From sequence record NZ_CP043850.1: a DNA stretch of 64,000 nucleotides; one strand, written 5' to 3'. A program made the position numbers and the translations under genes. The notes under the pieces are model-generated. The model was not told where the DNA came from. It ran no database searches and worked only from the letters and a program-made list of their open reading frames with translations. Shown here in pieces: positions 43,321-53,708 of the stretch. The first letter of the stretch is position 1. Every line of letters starts with the position of its first letter. This DNA comes from a plasmid.

Positions 43321-45881
43321 AGAACCCGATCCTGTACATGACACAGAACCTGGTCTGGACCACCTCCGGCACGGTCTGGGCGATGTGGCGTCTGCGCGGT
43401 CTGCCCTACGGCTTCGGCAAGGGCGACCACAAGGAGCGGGCAATGCTCGCCCATCAGGCGCTGTTCCAGGGTCTGCGCGGGGAGGCACTGCTGATGGGCC
43501 TGTGCGCCGAGATCGAGCCGGCCTCCGTCGTCGAGCGCATGCTCGAGGGACTGGACCTGAGCGAGTGCGAGCACTACCTGCACGAGGCCGAGCTCGTCCT
43601 GGACGAACTGGAGCAGATCCCCGTCGGGGAACGCGCCTACTGGCTGGCCGTCCCGCTGCCGGCCCGCTCGGTCATGGACCGGGTTCGGACCCTCGCCAAG
43701 GCCGCGGACGGCAAGCTGCGCGAACAGCTGGCCCTGCCCTCCCGCCGCCCCGACGCCAACGAGATCGACGCGCTGCTCAAGGCCGCCCACCAGATCGCCC
43801 GCAACATCCCCGAGGCCTTCCACGCCAAACCCTCCAGCCCCGCGGAGGTCCTGTGGATCTACTCCCACTCCCACAACCGCGGGCTGGGCTCTGACCCCAC
43901 GGCACCGGCCGGGGAATCCTCAGCACAGCACCTCACCGGCCGCGGGGTGATCCCCGAACCCTGGATCGACGAGGGCGGCCAGTCCGAGGTCAGCGCCAAG
44001 GAGAGGCTCAACCCCTTCCGGCGCCGCTACCTCAAGGTCCGCTCCGATGCCACCGCCGGAGAGGCCAGCTACCAGGTGCTGTTGGCGCTGACCGGCGGAC
44101 CGGCTGAGGGCTTCAACTTCCCAGACGATGAGTTCATCAGCTACCTGGACAGCCTGAACGTCAACGCGGACTGGGTCATGCGGATGAACATCCTGCCGGC
44201 CAAGAAGGCCGCCTCCAGGAACAAGCGCGCTGAAGAGAAGCTCAACGACGAGTACAACCAGCAGTCCGGGGACTCCCACGCCATCACCGGCGGCTCCACC
44301 CGACTGGACCGGATCGCTGAGGACCTCACCGCCTACCACGCGGCCCTGAACAGCTCAGAGTCCGAGGTCTCCGTCGACGCCGCGGTGATCTTCGCTGTCG
44401 GCGCGCCCACGGCAGAGATCGCCCAGGACCATGCCAACGCCATCGTGCGCGCCTACGAGTCCCGCGAGTTCAAGGTCACCACCCCCCTTGGATACCAGGA
44501 GGAGCTGTGGTGGGCCGCTCTGCCTGGCACCCCGAGCTCGGCGACGGTGAAGAAGCTGGAGCTGCTGGCCACCGGGCGGCACCTGGCCTTCGGGGTCCCG
44601 CTGGTCACCGACGCGCTGGGCACCCGCAAGGGTTTCCGCCTGGGAGTGAACATCTCCAGCTCGCGCCGCTCACCGGTCTTCATGGACATCGGCGGCCTGA
44701 TGGAGGCCGACATGTCCGGCTCCTTCGCCGTCACCGGAGAGAACGGCTCCGGCAAGTCCACCCTGCTCAAGATCGTCGCCGGCAACGTCTTCGACCGTGG
44801 CGGTCAGGTGGTGGCCATCGACCGCTCGGACAACACGGAATGGGCAGAGCTAGGAACACTGCTCACCGAGGCCACCGGCATCGAACCGACCGTGGTAGAG
44901 CTGAGCAACACCCACTGGTCCCTGGACCCCCTGCGTCTGTTCCCACCGGCTAACGCCGCACGTGTGACCCGGTCCCTGTGCTCGGTCCTGCTGGGCTTCG
45001 AGGCCAACTCCCCCGAGGGCCGCCTTCTCGGCCAGGTGCTGCACCCCGACTACGCGGCCACCCATCAGATCACCTCCATGGGCGCCCTGGTGGCACACCT
45101 GCATTCCGGTCAGGGGCTGGCCGGCACCGACCCGCAGCAGGCCCGCGACATCGCCTTCGGCCTGCAGAACGTCGAATCCACAGAGTTCGGCCCCCTGCTG
45201 TTCGACGAGCAGCTTCCGACCCTGGATCTGGCCTCCCGCTTCCTGACCTTCTGCACCCGCGGGGTGGAGCTGCCCCGACGCGAGGAGCTCGAGTCCGCCG
45301 CCCTCAAAGCGGAGCTGCCGGTGGAGAAGGTCATCGGCCGCGCCCTGTACTCCCTGATCGTGGCCATCAGCCGTCTGGTGCTCTACGCCGACGACGCCAT
45401 CGAGTCCCTGATGATCGTGGACGAGGCCCACCACGCCACCGGCTCGCCCGAGACCGAGCTGGAGCTGTCGAACGTCGTGCGCTACGGCCGCAAGCACAAG
45501 GCCGCGGTCGCCCTGGGCTCGCATGACGCCTCCACCGACTTCGGTTCCGAGACCCTGCGCGGGCTGATCCCGGTGCGCATCGTCTGCCGGGCCCGGGACG
45601 CCGCCATGGCACGGCGGAACCTGGAGTGGCTGGGCGACATGGGCCAGGAGCAGTGGGTGGAGCTGGTCACCTCCGGGCTCTCGCCCATGGGCTCGGACGA
45701 CAAGGTCCCTGTGGAGCGCCGCGGTGAGGCCCTGATGCGAGACGCCCACGGCAACATCGCCAAGATCAAGGTGCTGCCCCCGCTGACCCCCGAGCGAGCC
45801 AAGGCCGTGATGACGACCCCGCCCAAGCGAGGGACCCCCGCAGCCTCCGCGGCACAGGATCGAGAGCTGGTGCAGGCATGA
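43317..45881 (+). CDS. VirB4-family conjugative transfer ATPase (TraE/ConE/TcpF-like)
   Basis: 854 aa with Walker A GENGSGKSTLLK and Walker B LMIVDEAHH. Size and position match VirB4. Confidence 0.75.
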   Translation: MKNPILYMTQNLVWTTSGTVWAMWRLRGLPYGFGKGDHKERAMLAHQALFQGLRGEALLMGLCAEIEPASVVERMLEGLDLSECEHYLHEAELVLDELEQIPVGERAYWLAVPLPARSVMDRVRTLAKAADGKLREQLALPSRRPDANEIDALLKAAHQIARNIPEAFHAKPSSPAEVLWIYSHSHNRGLGSDPTAPAGESSAQHLTGRGVIPEPWIDEGGQSEVSAKERLNPFRRRYLKVRSDATAGEASYQVLLALTGGPAEGFNFPDDEFISYLDSLNVNADWVMRMNILPAKKAASRNKRAEEKLNDEYNQQSGDSHAITGGSTRLDRIAEDLTAYHAALNSSESEVSVDAAVIFAVGAPTAEIAQDHANAIVRAYESREFKVTTPLGYQEELWWAALPGTPSSATVKKLELLATGRHLAFGVPLVTDALGTRKGFRLGVNISSSRRSPVFMDIGGLMEADMSGSFAVTGENGSGKSTLLKIVAGNVFDRGGQVVAIDRSDNTEWAELGTLLTEATGIEPTVVELSNTHWSLDPLRLFPPANAARVTRSLCSVLLGFEANSPEGRLLGQVLHPDYAATHQITSMGALVAHLHSGQGLAGTDPQQARDIAFGLQNVESTEFGPLLFDEQLPTLDLASRFLTFCTRGVELPRREELESAALKAELPVEKVIGRALYSLIVAISRLVLYADDAIESLMIVDEAHHATGSPETELELSNVVRYGRKHKAAVALGSHDASTDFGSETLRGLIPVRIVCRARDAAMARRNLEWLGDMGQEQWVELVTSGLSPMGSDDKVPVERRGEALMRDAHGNIAKIKVLPPLTPERAKAVMTTPPKRGTPAASAAQDRELVQA

Positions 45882-47749
45882 TCCACGCCCGCACACTGAC
45901 GTTGGCCGCCGGGGTCACCGTCCTGGCCGCCCAGCTCTGGGCCGCTCCGGCCGCCCTCGCAGCCCCCAGGGACGGGGCGCCCGCGCAGGGCTCGGGGGTG
46001 ATGGGCCTGGACGAGTGGCGCGCGCAGGTCACGGACACCGCCGGCGTGCCCATCGAGAAGTACCGTGCTCTGCCTCTGGACCACGGAACCGCGATCGAGC
46101 TCGACATCGAGCACTCCATGAAGCGCTCGGCTCTGGTCTCCATCCTGGACCTGCTGTGGGGGATCCACTACGAGATCGTCACCACCGTGATGTGGCTGTT
46201 GCACACCCTGCTCTCCTTCGAGTGGGTCGGCTGGTTCGCCGCCCCCATGGAGTCCTTCGGGGCTGCGGTGGGCCAGATGGTCGCACAGATCCACTGGATT
46301 CCCCTGGCCTCGATGATCAGCGGTCTGGCGATTGCGTTGCTCTTCGCTGCCCGCAAGCGCGGAGCGGCATGGGGAGAGCTGGCTCTGAGCGTGACGATGG
46401 TCATCGTGGCCACCAACATGGCATTGAACCCGGTGGCCTACGTCACCGGCGACAACGGCGTGCTCACCAAGGCCGAGGAGGCCGCCGGCCAGATCAGCGT
46501 CGAGATCGCCGGCGGCGCCGACCAGCTGGATTCCGGGGCCAGCGCCTCGGAGGTCATGGGGCAGACGCTCACCGCGGATCTGACCGACATGCTCATGCGC
46601 GGACCCTCGCAAGCAGTGGCGTTCGGTGAGTCCCTCACCGGGGAATGTGACGCCGTCTTCACCCAGACCATGAGCGAGTCCGACCCGATGAAGGTCGAGG
46701 AGAAGACGGTGATGGACCCGATCAAGGACTGCAGCGAGTCCGCGGCCAGCTGGTCCGAGTCCATCTCCTTCACTCGCATCGCCCCGATGGTGATGATCAA
46801 CCTGGGGTCCCTGGCGTTCAGTGCCATGGCCTTCGTGCTCGGTCTCGTACTGATCGTGGCTGTGCTGATGGCCCTGTTCTACGCGCTCTACCAAGGGTTG
46901 GCGGTGCTGGTGGCAATCCTGCCCCTCCGCAGCCGACTGGGCTTCTTCAACGCCTTCATCGGCGTGCTGGCCTGCGCGGTGGGCATCGTGGCCGCGATCG
47001 TCACCGTGAGCCTGTGCCTGCAGCTGCTCAAGGAGCTCCTGGCGGTCACCGCGGGGCTGGGCGTGACGGTGCAGATGCTGCTGATGGTCATCGTGCTCGT
47101 CGTGCTGTGCTTCCTGATCTTCCGCGCCTATGGGGCATCCCGGGCCAAGGGGCGCGCTCTGGCCCGGTGGCTGTCGGGGCTGGGCCTGTCCAAGCAGGGC
47201 GGCAGCAACAAGGTCAAGGCACTGGCCGGCGCCGGCGGCGCCGCTGCGGCCGGATACAAGGCCCGCAAGTGGATCGAGCAGCGCAGAGGCAAGACCGAGA
47301 CCGAGGAGACCGGCCGACCTCGGGCGGGCCTGCGCACGGCCGGCGGAGGACCAGATGCCGCAGCCCAGCCTGGCGCCGGACCACGGCGTCCAGGGCCTGG
47401 GCCCACCCGTCCGGGGCTGCCGACAGCCCCGGTGCTGCGGGCCGTCGGCACGGGCGCGGCCGGCGTGGGCGGCCCCTGGGGAGCGGCCGCCGGCGCAGCC
47501 GCTCACCTTGCAGCGTCTCGCCTCGAGAGGGGGGCGCACCGTCGTGAGCTGGCGGCCCCGCGGCCGCGCAAGGTCGAGCGCTTCTCCCGCATCCAGATCG
47601 ACAAGAACGGGCAGGCGGTCGTGAACCCTCCTCGCCGCGAGGTCGTCGAAGGCACTGTCGTGCCCCCGCATCAGGGACCGCGGCCTCGGCAGCAGTCCTC
47701 CGAGGCGACTCGGCGCATGCGTGAGCGGCTGCACCAGGAGCATCCGTGA
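45878..47749 (+). CDS. VirB6-like (ConG/TrbL-like) polytopic membrane protein with a signal peptide
   Basis: Signal peptide and more than 6 TM helices. Gly/Ala/Arg-rich C-terminal tail. Confidence 0.55.
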   Translation: MIHARTLTLAAGVTVLAAQLWAAPAALAAPRDGAPAQGSGVMGLDEWRAQVTDTAGVPIEKYRALPLDHGTAIELDIEHSMKRSALVSILDLLWGIHYEIVTTVMWLLHTLLSFEWVGWFAAPMESFGAAVGQMVAQIHWIPLASMISGLAIALLFAARKRGAAWGELALSVTMVIVATNMALNPVAYVTGDNGVLTKAEEAAGQISVEIAGGADQLDSGASASEVMGQTLTADLTDMLMRGPSQAVAFGESLTGECDAVFTQTMSESDPMKVEEKTVMDPIKDCSESAASWSESISFTRIAPMVMINLGSLAFSAMAFVLGLVLIVAVLMALFYALYQGLAVLVAILPLRSRLGFFNAFIGVLACAVGIVAAIVTVSLCLQLLKELLAVTAGLGVTVQMLLMVIVLVVLCFLIFRAYGASRAKGRALARWLSGLGLSKQGGSNKVKALAGAGGAAAAGYKARKWIEQRRGKTETEETGRPRAGLRTAGGGPDAAAQPGAGPRRPGPGPTRPGLPTAPVLRAVGTGAAGVGGPWGAAAGAAAHLAASRLERGAHRRELAAPRPRKVERFSRIQIDKNGQAVVNPPRREVVEGTVVPPHQGPRPRQQSSEATRRMRERLHQEHP

Positions 47750-49512
47750 GCACGGGTAAGCAGGAAGAGCACCACGAGCCAACCGGTGCCGCAGGGGCAC
47801 GAGCGCGCCGGGCGGTGATCATGGTCGCCGCCTCGATCGTCCTCTGCATCGGACTGCTCATCGTGCTGGTGCTGGGCCTGGTCATGTTCACCGGCGCCGG
47901 CCTGGAGAAGAAGCGACAGCAGGATCTGGCCGCGAGCACCTGTCTGGCCCCGGAGGTGGCAGCAGGGGTCGCCGGCGACGGCTCGGTCGCGGTGCCCGTG
48001 GCGGGGATCGTCACCAGCATGTTCGGCCCCCGAGACAACCCGTTCGGCCCGGGCGGCGGTGGAGGCGGCTCCGGGCTGACCAACCACGTCGCCGTGGACA
48101 TCGGGGCGCCGGAAGGCACCCCGATCTACGCGGCCATGGACGGCACCGTGGACGTGGTCTCTCTCGGCGGGCAGGAGGACGGCAACGGCGTTCTCATCGA
48201 CAGCGGGGGAGGGGTGAAGATCCTGTACTGGCACGCAGCCAACAACACGATCCGGGTCAAGGAAGGCGACGTCGTCAAGGTCGGTCAGCACATCGCCGGA
48301 GTCGGAGACACCGGCGTCGCCACCGGCTACCACCTGCACATGGAGGTGCGAGTCAATGGGGAGAAGATCGACCCGGCGGCCTTCTTCCGGGAGCGCGGTC
48401 TGATCTTCGAGCTGCGCAAGCCTCCCCGGCTGGTGGAGACCGCACGCAAGACGGGCGCCAGCGCCTCATCCTCGGCCACGTCCGCCTCGGCTGAACCCTC
48501 TCAGGGGCAGAACGATCCCACCCAGCTGCAGACCGAGCAGGTGAAGGTGATGTTGCCCGAGGGCATCGAGTACGAGCTCAAGCCCGAGCAGATCCGCAAC
48601 GCCGCGGCCATCATCGGCGCCGGCCAGGCCGCGGAGGTCTCCGACCAGGCGATCATCGTGGCGCTGATGACGGCGCTGCAGGAGAGCATGCTCTACAACC
48701 TCGCCTCCCCTGCGGTCCCGGAGTCGCTGGCCTACCCTCACGACCGGCAAGCGGTGAACAAGGCCTCGGTCGGGTTGTTCCAGCAGCAGTACACGATGGG
48801 GTGGGGTCCGGTGGCGGACCTGATGCAGCCGTCGATCTCAGCGCGGACCTTCTACCTAGGGAGGGAGAACCCGAATGATGCGCCAGCGCTGGGGCTGCTG
48901 GACTACCCCGGATGGGAGAGCATGCACCCGGGAGTGGCCGCGCAGGTCGTGCAGAAGAGCGCCCACCCCGACGCCTACATCAAGTGGGAGCAGACCGCCA
49001 CGCAGATCCTCTCGCAGGTGACCGGAACCGCGCCGGTGCCCTCGGCCTGTTCAGGTCCGGCGGTGCCTGCAGGCGAACAGCCCGGCCCAGCCGATGGAGC
49101 TCGCGCCCGGGACGAGAGCACCCTGGACCTGCAGATCCCTGCTGGTCTCAGCCGTGAGGACATCGTCGCGGCCGCGGAGTCCGGTGTGGGCGGGGCCTTC
49201 ACGTACGGCGCCGCCGACTTCCAGTCCTGGGACTCCAGCGGGTTCGTCTACTGGGTCTACCGGGATCAGGGAATCGAGATGCCGCGCACCTCCCCGTGGG
49301 CGGCCGGTGAGCGCACGCAGACGCCCCAGCCCGGCGACCTGGTCGCTCAGCAGTGGAACGCCCAGCGCCAGCGGTGGGACCACGTCGGGATCTACGTGGG
49401 CGACGGGATGATGATCTCCGCCATCAACGAGGACGCCGGTACCCGCAAGCACCCGGTCACCCAGACCGGTGAGTCTCCCGTCTACTTCACCATCCTCAAG
49501 GAGCAGCAGTGA
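47746..49512 (+). CDS. Bifunctional cell-wall hydrolase (M23/LytM peptidase + C-terminal NlpC/P60), T4SS-associated
   Basis: N-terminal TM helix. HLHMEVRVNG is an M23 motif. C-terminal ..SSGFVYWVY..HVGIYVGDGMMIS is NlpC/P60-like. Confidence 0.7.
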   Translation: MSTGKQEEHHEPTGAAGARARRAVIMVAASIVLCIGLLIVLVLGLVMFTGAGLEKKRQQDLAASTCLAPEVAAGVAGDGSVAVPVAGIVTSMFGPRDNPFGPGGGGGGSGLTNHVAVDIGAPEGTPIYAAMDGTVDVVSLGGQEDGNGVLIDSGGGVKILYWHAANNTIRVKEGDVVKVGQHIAGVGDTGVATGYHLHMEVRVNGEKIDPAAFFRERGLIFELRKPPRLVETARKTGASASSSATSASAEPSQGQNDPTQLQTEQVKVMLPEGIEYELKPEQIRNAAAIIGAGQAAEVSDQAIIVALMTALQESMLYNLASPAVPESLAYPHDRQAVNKASVGLFQQQYTMGWGPVADLMQPSISARTFYLGRENPNDAPALGLLDYPGWESMHPGVAAQVVQKSAHPDAYIKWEQTATQILSQVTGTAPVPSACSGPAVPAGEQPGPADGARARDESTLDLQIPAGLSREDIVAAAESGVGGAFTYGAADFQSWDSSGFVYWVYRDQGIEMPRTSPWAAGERTQTPQPGDLVAQQWNAQRQRWDHVGIYVGDGMMISAINEDAGTRKHPVTQTGESPVYFTILKEQQ

Positions 49513-50315
49513 CCACTCAGAGCCCCGCCCCCCAGGAGCCTGCTGGCCATGGCCGCGTGTGGCCCTACCTCGCCGGTGCCGCCGCCGCGGCAGCCCTCGG
49601 GGTCAGCCTGTTCGCCATGGGATCAGACCCGGAGCCCTCACCGACCCCAGCGGCCTCCGCGGGGTCAGCGCAGGCGCGCGTCAGCGAGGCGCCCACGGCG
49701 CCGGTCACCTCCCCGGCGACCTCGGCTGCCCCGTCCAGTTCCCCCTCCCCGGCCTCGAGCAGTCGGGACACGGGTCGGGAAAAAAGCTCGCAGACCCCGA
49801 TCGACCTGTCTGGAAAAGGCCAGGTCAGCGAGGAATCGGTCAGTCCTGAGCGGGAGGCGCAGATGCAGGTGGAACAGCAGGCTCAGGCCCGGGCCGTAGC
49901 GGGCGCAGACGCCTCGAGCCGGCAGCGGGCGGAGCAGGTGGCCGAGGCCTTCGTGCTCGCCTCGAATGAGCGCACCTGGCAGACCGGGCGGCAGCAGTGG
50001 GTGCAGCGACTGCAGCAGCTGGCGACCCCTGGGGTGGTGGAGAGCGTGAACGTGGACCAGGACTGGGAGTCGGACAGCCAGCGCCGCTACGTCGAAGCCA
50101 AGGCCGAGACCACCACGCAGATCCAGCAAGTCCAGGCGCAGACGCTCACCAACGATGGGCAGATCGAGGTGGAGGTCGAGTTCGTCACCGAGACCGACAG
50201 CGAGGACCCCTGGGTGAGCAACCCTCCGGTGCGCAAGTCCTTGGTTCTGGTGGTCGATCCAGCCCAGGGCATGGTCGTCGACCAGCTGGACATGACCCCC
50301 AGAGGCGGTTTGTGA
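49509..50315 (+). CDS. Membrane-anchored protein (268 aa); possibly VirB8-like
   Basis: Single TM helix, Ser/Pro-rich linker and a C-terminal globular domain. Last gene of the operon. Confidence 0.4.
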   Translation: MTTQSPAPQEPAGHGRVWPYLAGAAAAAALGVSLFAMGSDPEPSPTPAASAGSAQARVSEAPTAPVTSPATSAAPSSSPSPASSSRDTGREKSSQTPIDLSGKGQVSEESVSPEREAQMQVEQQAQARAVAGADASSRQRAEQVAEAFVLASNERTWQTGRQQWVQRLQQLATPGVVESVNVDQDWESDSQRRYVEAKAETTTQIQQVQAQTLTNDGQIEVEVEFVTETDSEDPWVSNPPVRKSLVLVVDPAQGMVVDQLDMTPRGGL

Positions 50316-50505
50316 GCGCCGACTGAGGCCCCTCGTCTAGGGCGTCCACTCGCACAGGGTGGGCGCCCTTGATGCTGTCCGGGCTGTGGCGATGGGGGAC
50401 GGCGTGGTCAAGCCCCTCGTGATGGCGTAGACGGCCAGGAGCGCCAGGGGTCCTGGGGCCGGGCGAAGCGGGGCACGGGGGAAGGCGCGCCGGTTGTCGA
50501 GATGC

Positions 50506-50543
50506 AGCGAAGAGTTCACACGACGCGCGGTGAACTCTTCGCA
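50506..50543. other. Perfect palindrome GCGAAGAGTTCAC-N10-GTGAACTCTTCGC (terminator or nick-site candidate)
   Basis: 13-bp perfect inverted repeat lying between the T4SS operon and the IS. Confidence 0.5.
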
Positions 50544-50782
50544 TATCAGGCGGGATCCGGTCGGCGTGAAATCTGGGTGTCCCGGTGGGCGCTCCCGCGC
50601 GCCCCAGGGCCCGCCAGAAACGTACGGGCGGCTGCCGCTCTGGCGGGTCGGTTGTGGCGAGTCATGTGGCGGGCGGACAGGGTCGGATGTGGCGCGCACG
50701 GCGCATGGCGGGGTTGTCAACGTCGGCCGAATATTGACCCCTTATCGTCGTTGAATTTTGACCCCCTCGAATTGATGTGTTG

Positions 50783-51562
50783 TTACTTGCCCGCGGGTTG
50801 TGCGGGGGTCTTGAGGAGCTCGCGGCGTGCCCTGGTGCGGTAGGAGTCCCCGCCGAGGGTGAGGACTTCCGCGTGGTGAACGAGTCGGTCGATCATCGCG
50901 GCCGCGACGATGTCGTCGGAGAAGATCTCACCCCATCTGCCGAAGGGCATGTTGCTGGTGAGCACGATCGAGCCTTGCTCGTAGCGGGACGCGATGAGTT
51001 GGAAGAACAGGTTCGCGGCGTCCGCGTCGAATGGCAGGTAGCCGACCTCGTCGATGATCAGCATCCGGTAGCGGCGGAGTCGTTTCAGCTCATGCTCGAG
51101 CCGGCCGGCTGCGTGCGCGGCCTGGAGTCGGCCAGCCCAGCCGGTCGCGGTATCGAACAACACCGGGTATCCAGCGTGCGCGGCTTTGATGCCGAGGCCG
51201 ATCGCGAGGTGTGTTTTGCCGACACCGGGTGGGCCGAGCAGGATCACGTTCTCCGCTTTCGGGATGAACGTTGTCGTCGCGAGGTGAGCGAGGACATCGC
51301 GACGCAGCGAGGGCTGATGGTCGGCGTTGAAGTCGTCCAGGGTCTTCACCGCGGGGAAGTGAGCGCCCGCGATTCGCAGTGTCGTTCCGTTCGCTTCCCG
51401 GTCCGCGACCTGGCGTTACAGGACCGCGGTGAGGTATTCCTCGTGGGACCAGCCCTCGGTGCGGGCTTGATCGCCGAGGGTCTCCCAGACCCGGCCGATC
51501 GTGGGGGTCTTCAACGCCCGGGTCAGGTATCCCATCGTCGCCGCGATCTCCGTTTCGGGCAT
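50783..51562 (-). pseudogene. istB: istB (IS21 helper ATPase) with a premature stop (CAA>TAA at 51416-51418; ~Q49*)
   Basis: A single nucleotide difference from copy 2 (ttacag versus ttgcag). The ORF track shows only a 188-aa remnant. Confidence 0.7.
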
Positions 51563-52821
51563 CAGAGGACCTCACCGGTTCGAGGATCGACAGGGAAATC
51601 GACGCCGAACAACTCGTCGTAGTCGGGCAGTTCCCGAAACACCACGCTGGCCGCTGGCTGCCCGCGATGGTGCAGTCGTTCTCGGTCGCGTTTCGCGGCG
51701 CTGAACGTGGAGCGCAGCCCCCTCGCGATCTCGACGTGGACAGGGTCGATGACGGTCGCGTGTTTCGCCCAACAGCGTTCGTGGTCAGCGACGGTGCGGC
51801 CATCGCAGATCACGATCACTCGTGTCAGCGTGGCCGTCACATCCACCAGCCGCCCAATCACGCGAGGGTCAACGGAGTAGTCGTTGGCATCGATGCGGAC
51901 GTAGTAGTCCCGCGCCAATCGGACCCGGTTTCGCAGCCCCGTCACCGGCGGCAGCGGCGGCAACACGGTCATCGCCTGCAGATCCCGCTCCACCACGTCG
52001 ATAGGTCGCCCGCCCAGCGAGCGGATCGTGCGGGAGTTCGCCCGCGGGAGCCACTCCGCGAGTTGGCTGTTGAAACTGTCCGGTGACGCGAACGACCGCC
52101 CGGGCAGGAACGATGTCTCCATGTACTGGTTGTTGCGTTCGGTCATGCCCTTGAACTCCGGATCCCGCGGAGGGGCGAGCACGATCCTCGTCGCCAACGT
52201 TCCCGCGAACGCGGCCGCGGCCTGCGTGACAGTCCCCTTCCCCCCGATCGCGGCCTCACGATCCCAGACGAGCGTCTTCGAGACCCGCCCGACACGAGAG
52301 ATCAGCTGCCACATCCCCGCGACCAGATCGCCCGCCTGCCGGGACGGGAGCATCACCGCGGACAGGAACCGGGAGAACGTCAACGTCATCACGAGCACCG
52401 GCAGCATCAACGCTTGCCCATGCCCGACAGGGATCCGCGGCTCCGGGAACCACAGATCCATCTGCGCGCTCTCGCCAGGAAGATGAATCAGACGATCCGC
52501 GGGATCGACCCCGGCATACTCCGGACGAATCGTCCGGATCCGATCCTTCAGAATCGTGATCGAGTGTTCCCACCCGATCCGCTCCGCGATCACCGTCGCC
52601 GGCATCCTCGCATCCACCACCAAGAGCTTGCGGATCTCGGGCTCCGCAGCGTCAACGAGTGACCCTTTCCCTGCCCGCTGATACGACGGCGGCGTCTCTG
52701 ACGCCAACGCCGACCGCACCGTATTTCGCGCCACACCGAGCCGACGCACGATCTCCTTGATCGACACGCCCTCCGCCCGATGCAACCGCCTGATCTCTGC
52801 CCACTGTTCCAAATTGATCAC
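51562..52821 (-). CDS. istA: IS21-family transposase IstA
   Basis: 419 aa with an N-terminal HTH and a DDE domain. ATGA overlap with istB. Confidence 0.8.
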   Translation of the reverse strand: MINLEQWAEIRRLHRAEGVSIKEIVRRLGVARNTVRSALASETPPSYQRAGKGSLVDAAEPEIRKLLVVDARMPATVIAERIGWEHSITILKDRIRTIRPEYAGVDPADRLIHLPGESAQMDLWFPEPRIPVGHGQALMLPVLVMTLTFSRFLSAVMLPSRQAGDLVAGMWQLISRVGRVSKTLVWDREAAIGGKGTVTQAAAAFAGTLATRIVLAPPRDPEFKGMTERNNQYMETSFLPGRSFASPDSFNSQLAEWLPRANSRTIRSLGGRPIDVVERDLQAMTVLPPLPPVTGLRNRVRLARDYYVRIDANDYSVDPRVIGRLVDVTATLTRVIVICDGRTVADHERCWAKHATVIDPVHVEIARGLRSTFSAAKRDRERLHHRGQPAASVVFRELPDYDELFGVDFPVDPRTGEVL

Positions 52822-52892
52822 CCTCCAAAGGATGCCCGGAAGGGGTCAAAATTCCCCGACGCTCAGGGGTCAGTATTCACGCGTCGTCGACA

Positions 52893-53664
52893 GCACCCGC
52901 TCGGAAAGCCACCCGTCGCTCCGCTTCTGTCGGCCGTCGCCGCGGAGGCTGCGGGCACGTTCGTCCTCGTGTTCGGAGTCATCGGAGCGGCGACCTTCTC
53001 CGCATCCTTTTCGAAGTCGGATGTCGCGGTGAACATCGGATTCCTCGGCGTCGCCTTCGCGCTCGGGCTCAGCGTGCTCGTCGGCGCCATCGCCTGGGGC
53101 CCCGTGTCGGGCGGCCACTTCAACCCTGCCGTCACGCTCGGATTGGCGACCGCCGGATTCTTCTCGTGGCGCCGCGTCCCGGCCTACATCGCGTCGCAGT
53201 TCGTGGGTGGGCTACTCGCGTCCACCGCACTTGTTCTCGTTGCGGCGGGCACCAGCACGGAATTCCTGTCAGACGCTCGAAAGAGCGGATTCGCGTCCAC
53301 CGGCTGGGGACCGCTCTCACCAAGCGGGGCCTCCTGGGAGGCGGCGTTCCTCATCGAGGCGGTCACCACGGCCGTGCTCATGGCGGTCGTCCTCGCCGTC
53401 TCCACTCGTCGCACGGACGCGACGCTCGCGCCGCTGGCCATCGGGTTCACGCTGACGGTGGCGGCGCTCGTCGCGATCCCGATCTCGAACGGCTCTTTCA
53501 ACCCGGCCCGCTCGATAGCGACCGCCGTCTACGGGGGCCCTGTCGCGCTCGAGCAGTTGTGGCTCTCGCTCGTCGCGCCAACCCTCGGCGCGGCGCTGGT
53601 CGGCCTCGTCGTGACAGCGGTCCGCCACCTCGCGCCGCGAGCGAGGAGAAGCTCCTACATCTGA
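52893..53664 (+). CDS. MIP-family channel (aquaporin/glycerol facilitator) whose native 5' end is disrupted by the IS21 insertion
   Basis: Two NPA motifs (HFNPAVT, SFNPARS) and six TM helices. The reading frame continues upstream into the IS end (ORF 52780..). Confidence 0.6.
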
Positions 53665-53708
53665 GTGCGGTGCGTGTTCCATCCCGGAGATCCGGGACGG
53701 CGTGACGC

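Larger units (their letters stand above)
50715..52892 (-). mobile_element. IS21-family insertion sequence, copy 1 (2178 bp); ~27-bp imperfect terminal IRs TGTCAACGTCGGCCGAATATTGACCCC / TGTCGACGACGCGTGAATACTGACCCC
   Basis: Identical to copy 2 except for one SNP. Carries the istA-istB pair. GAATTTTGACCCC subterminal repeats. Confidence 0.8.

Noticed and set aside
45482-47800. 772-aa minus-strand ORF
   Set aside because: It is antisense to the VirB4 3' end and the VirB6 gene, with low-complexity composition.
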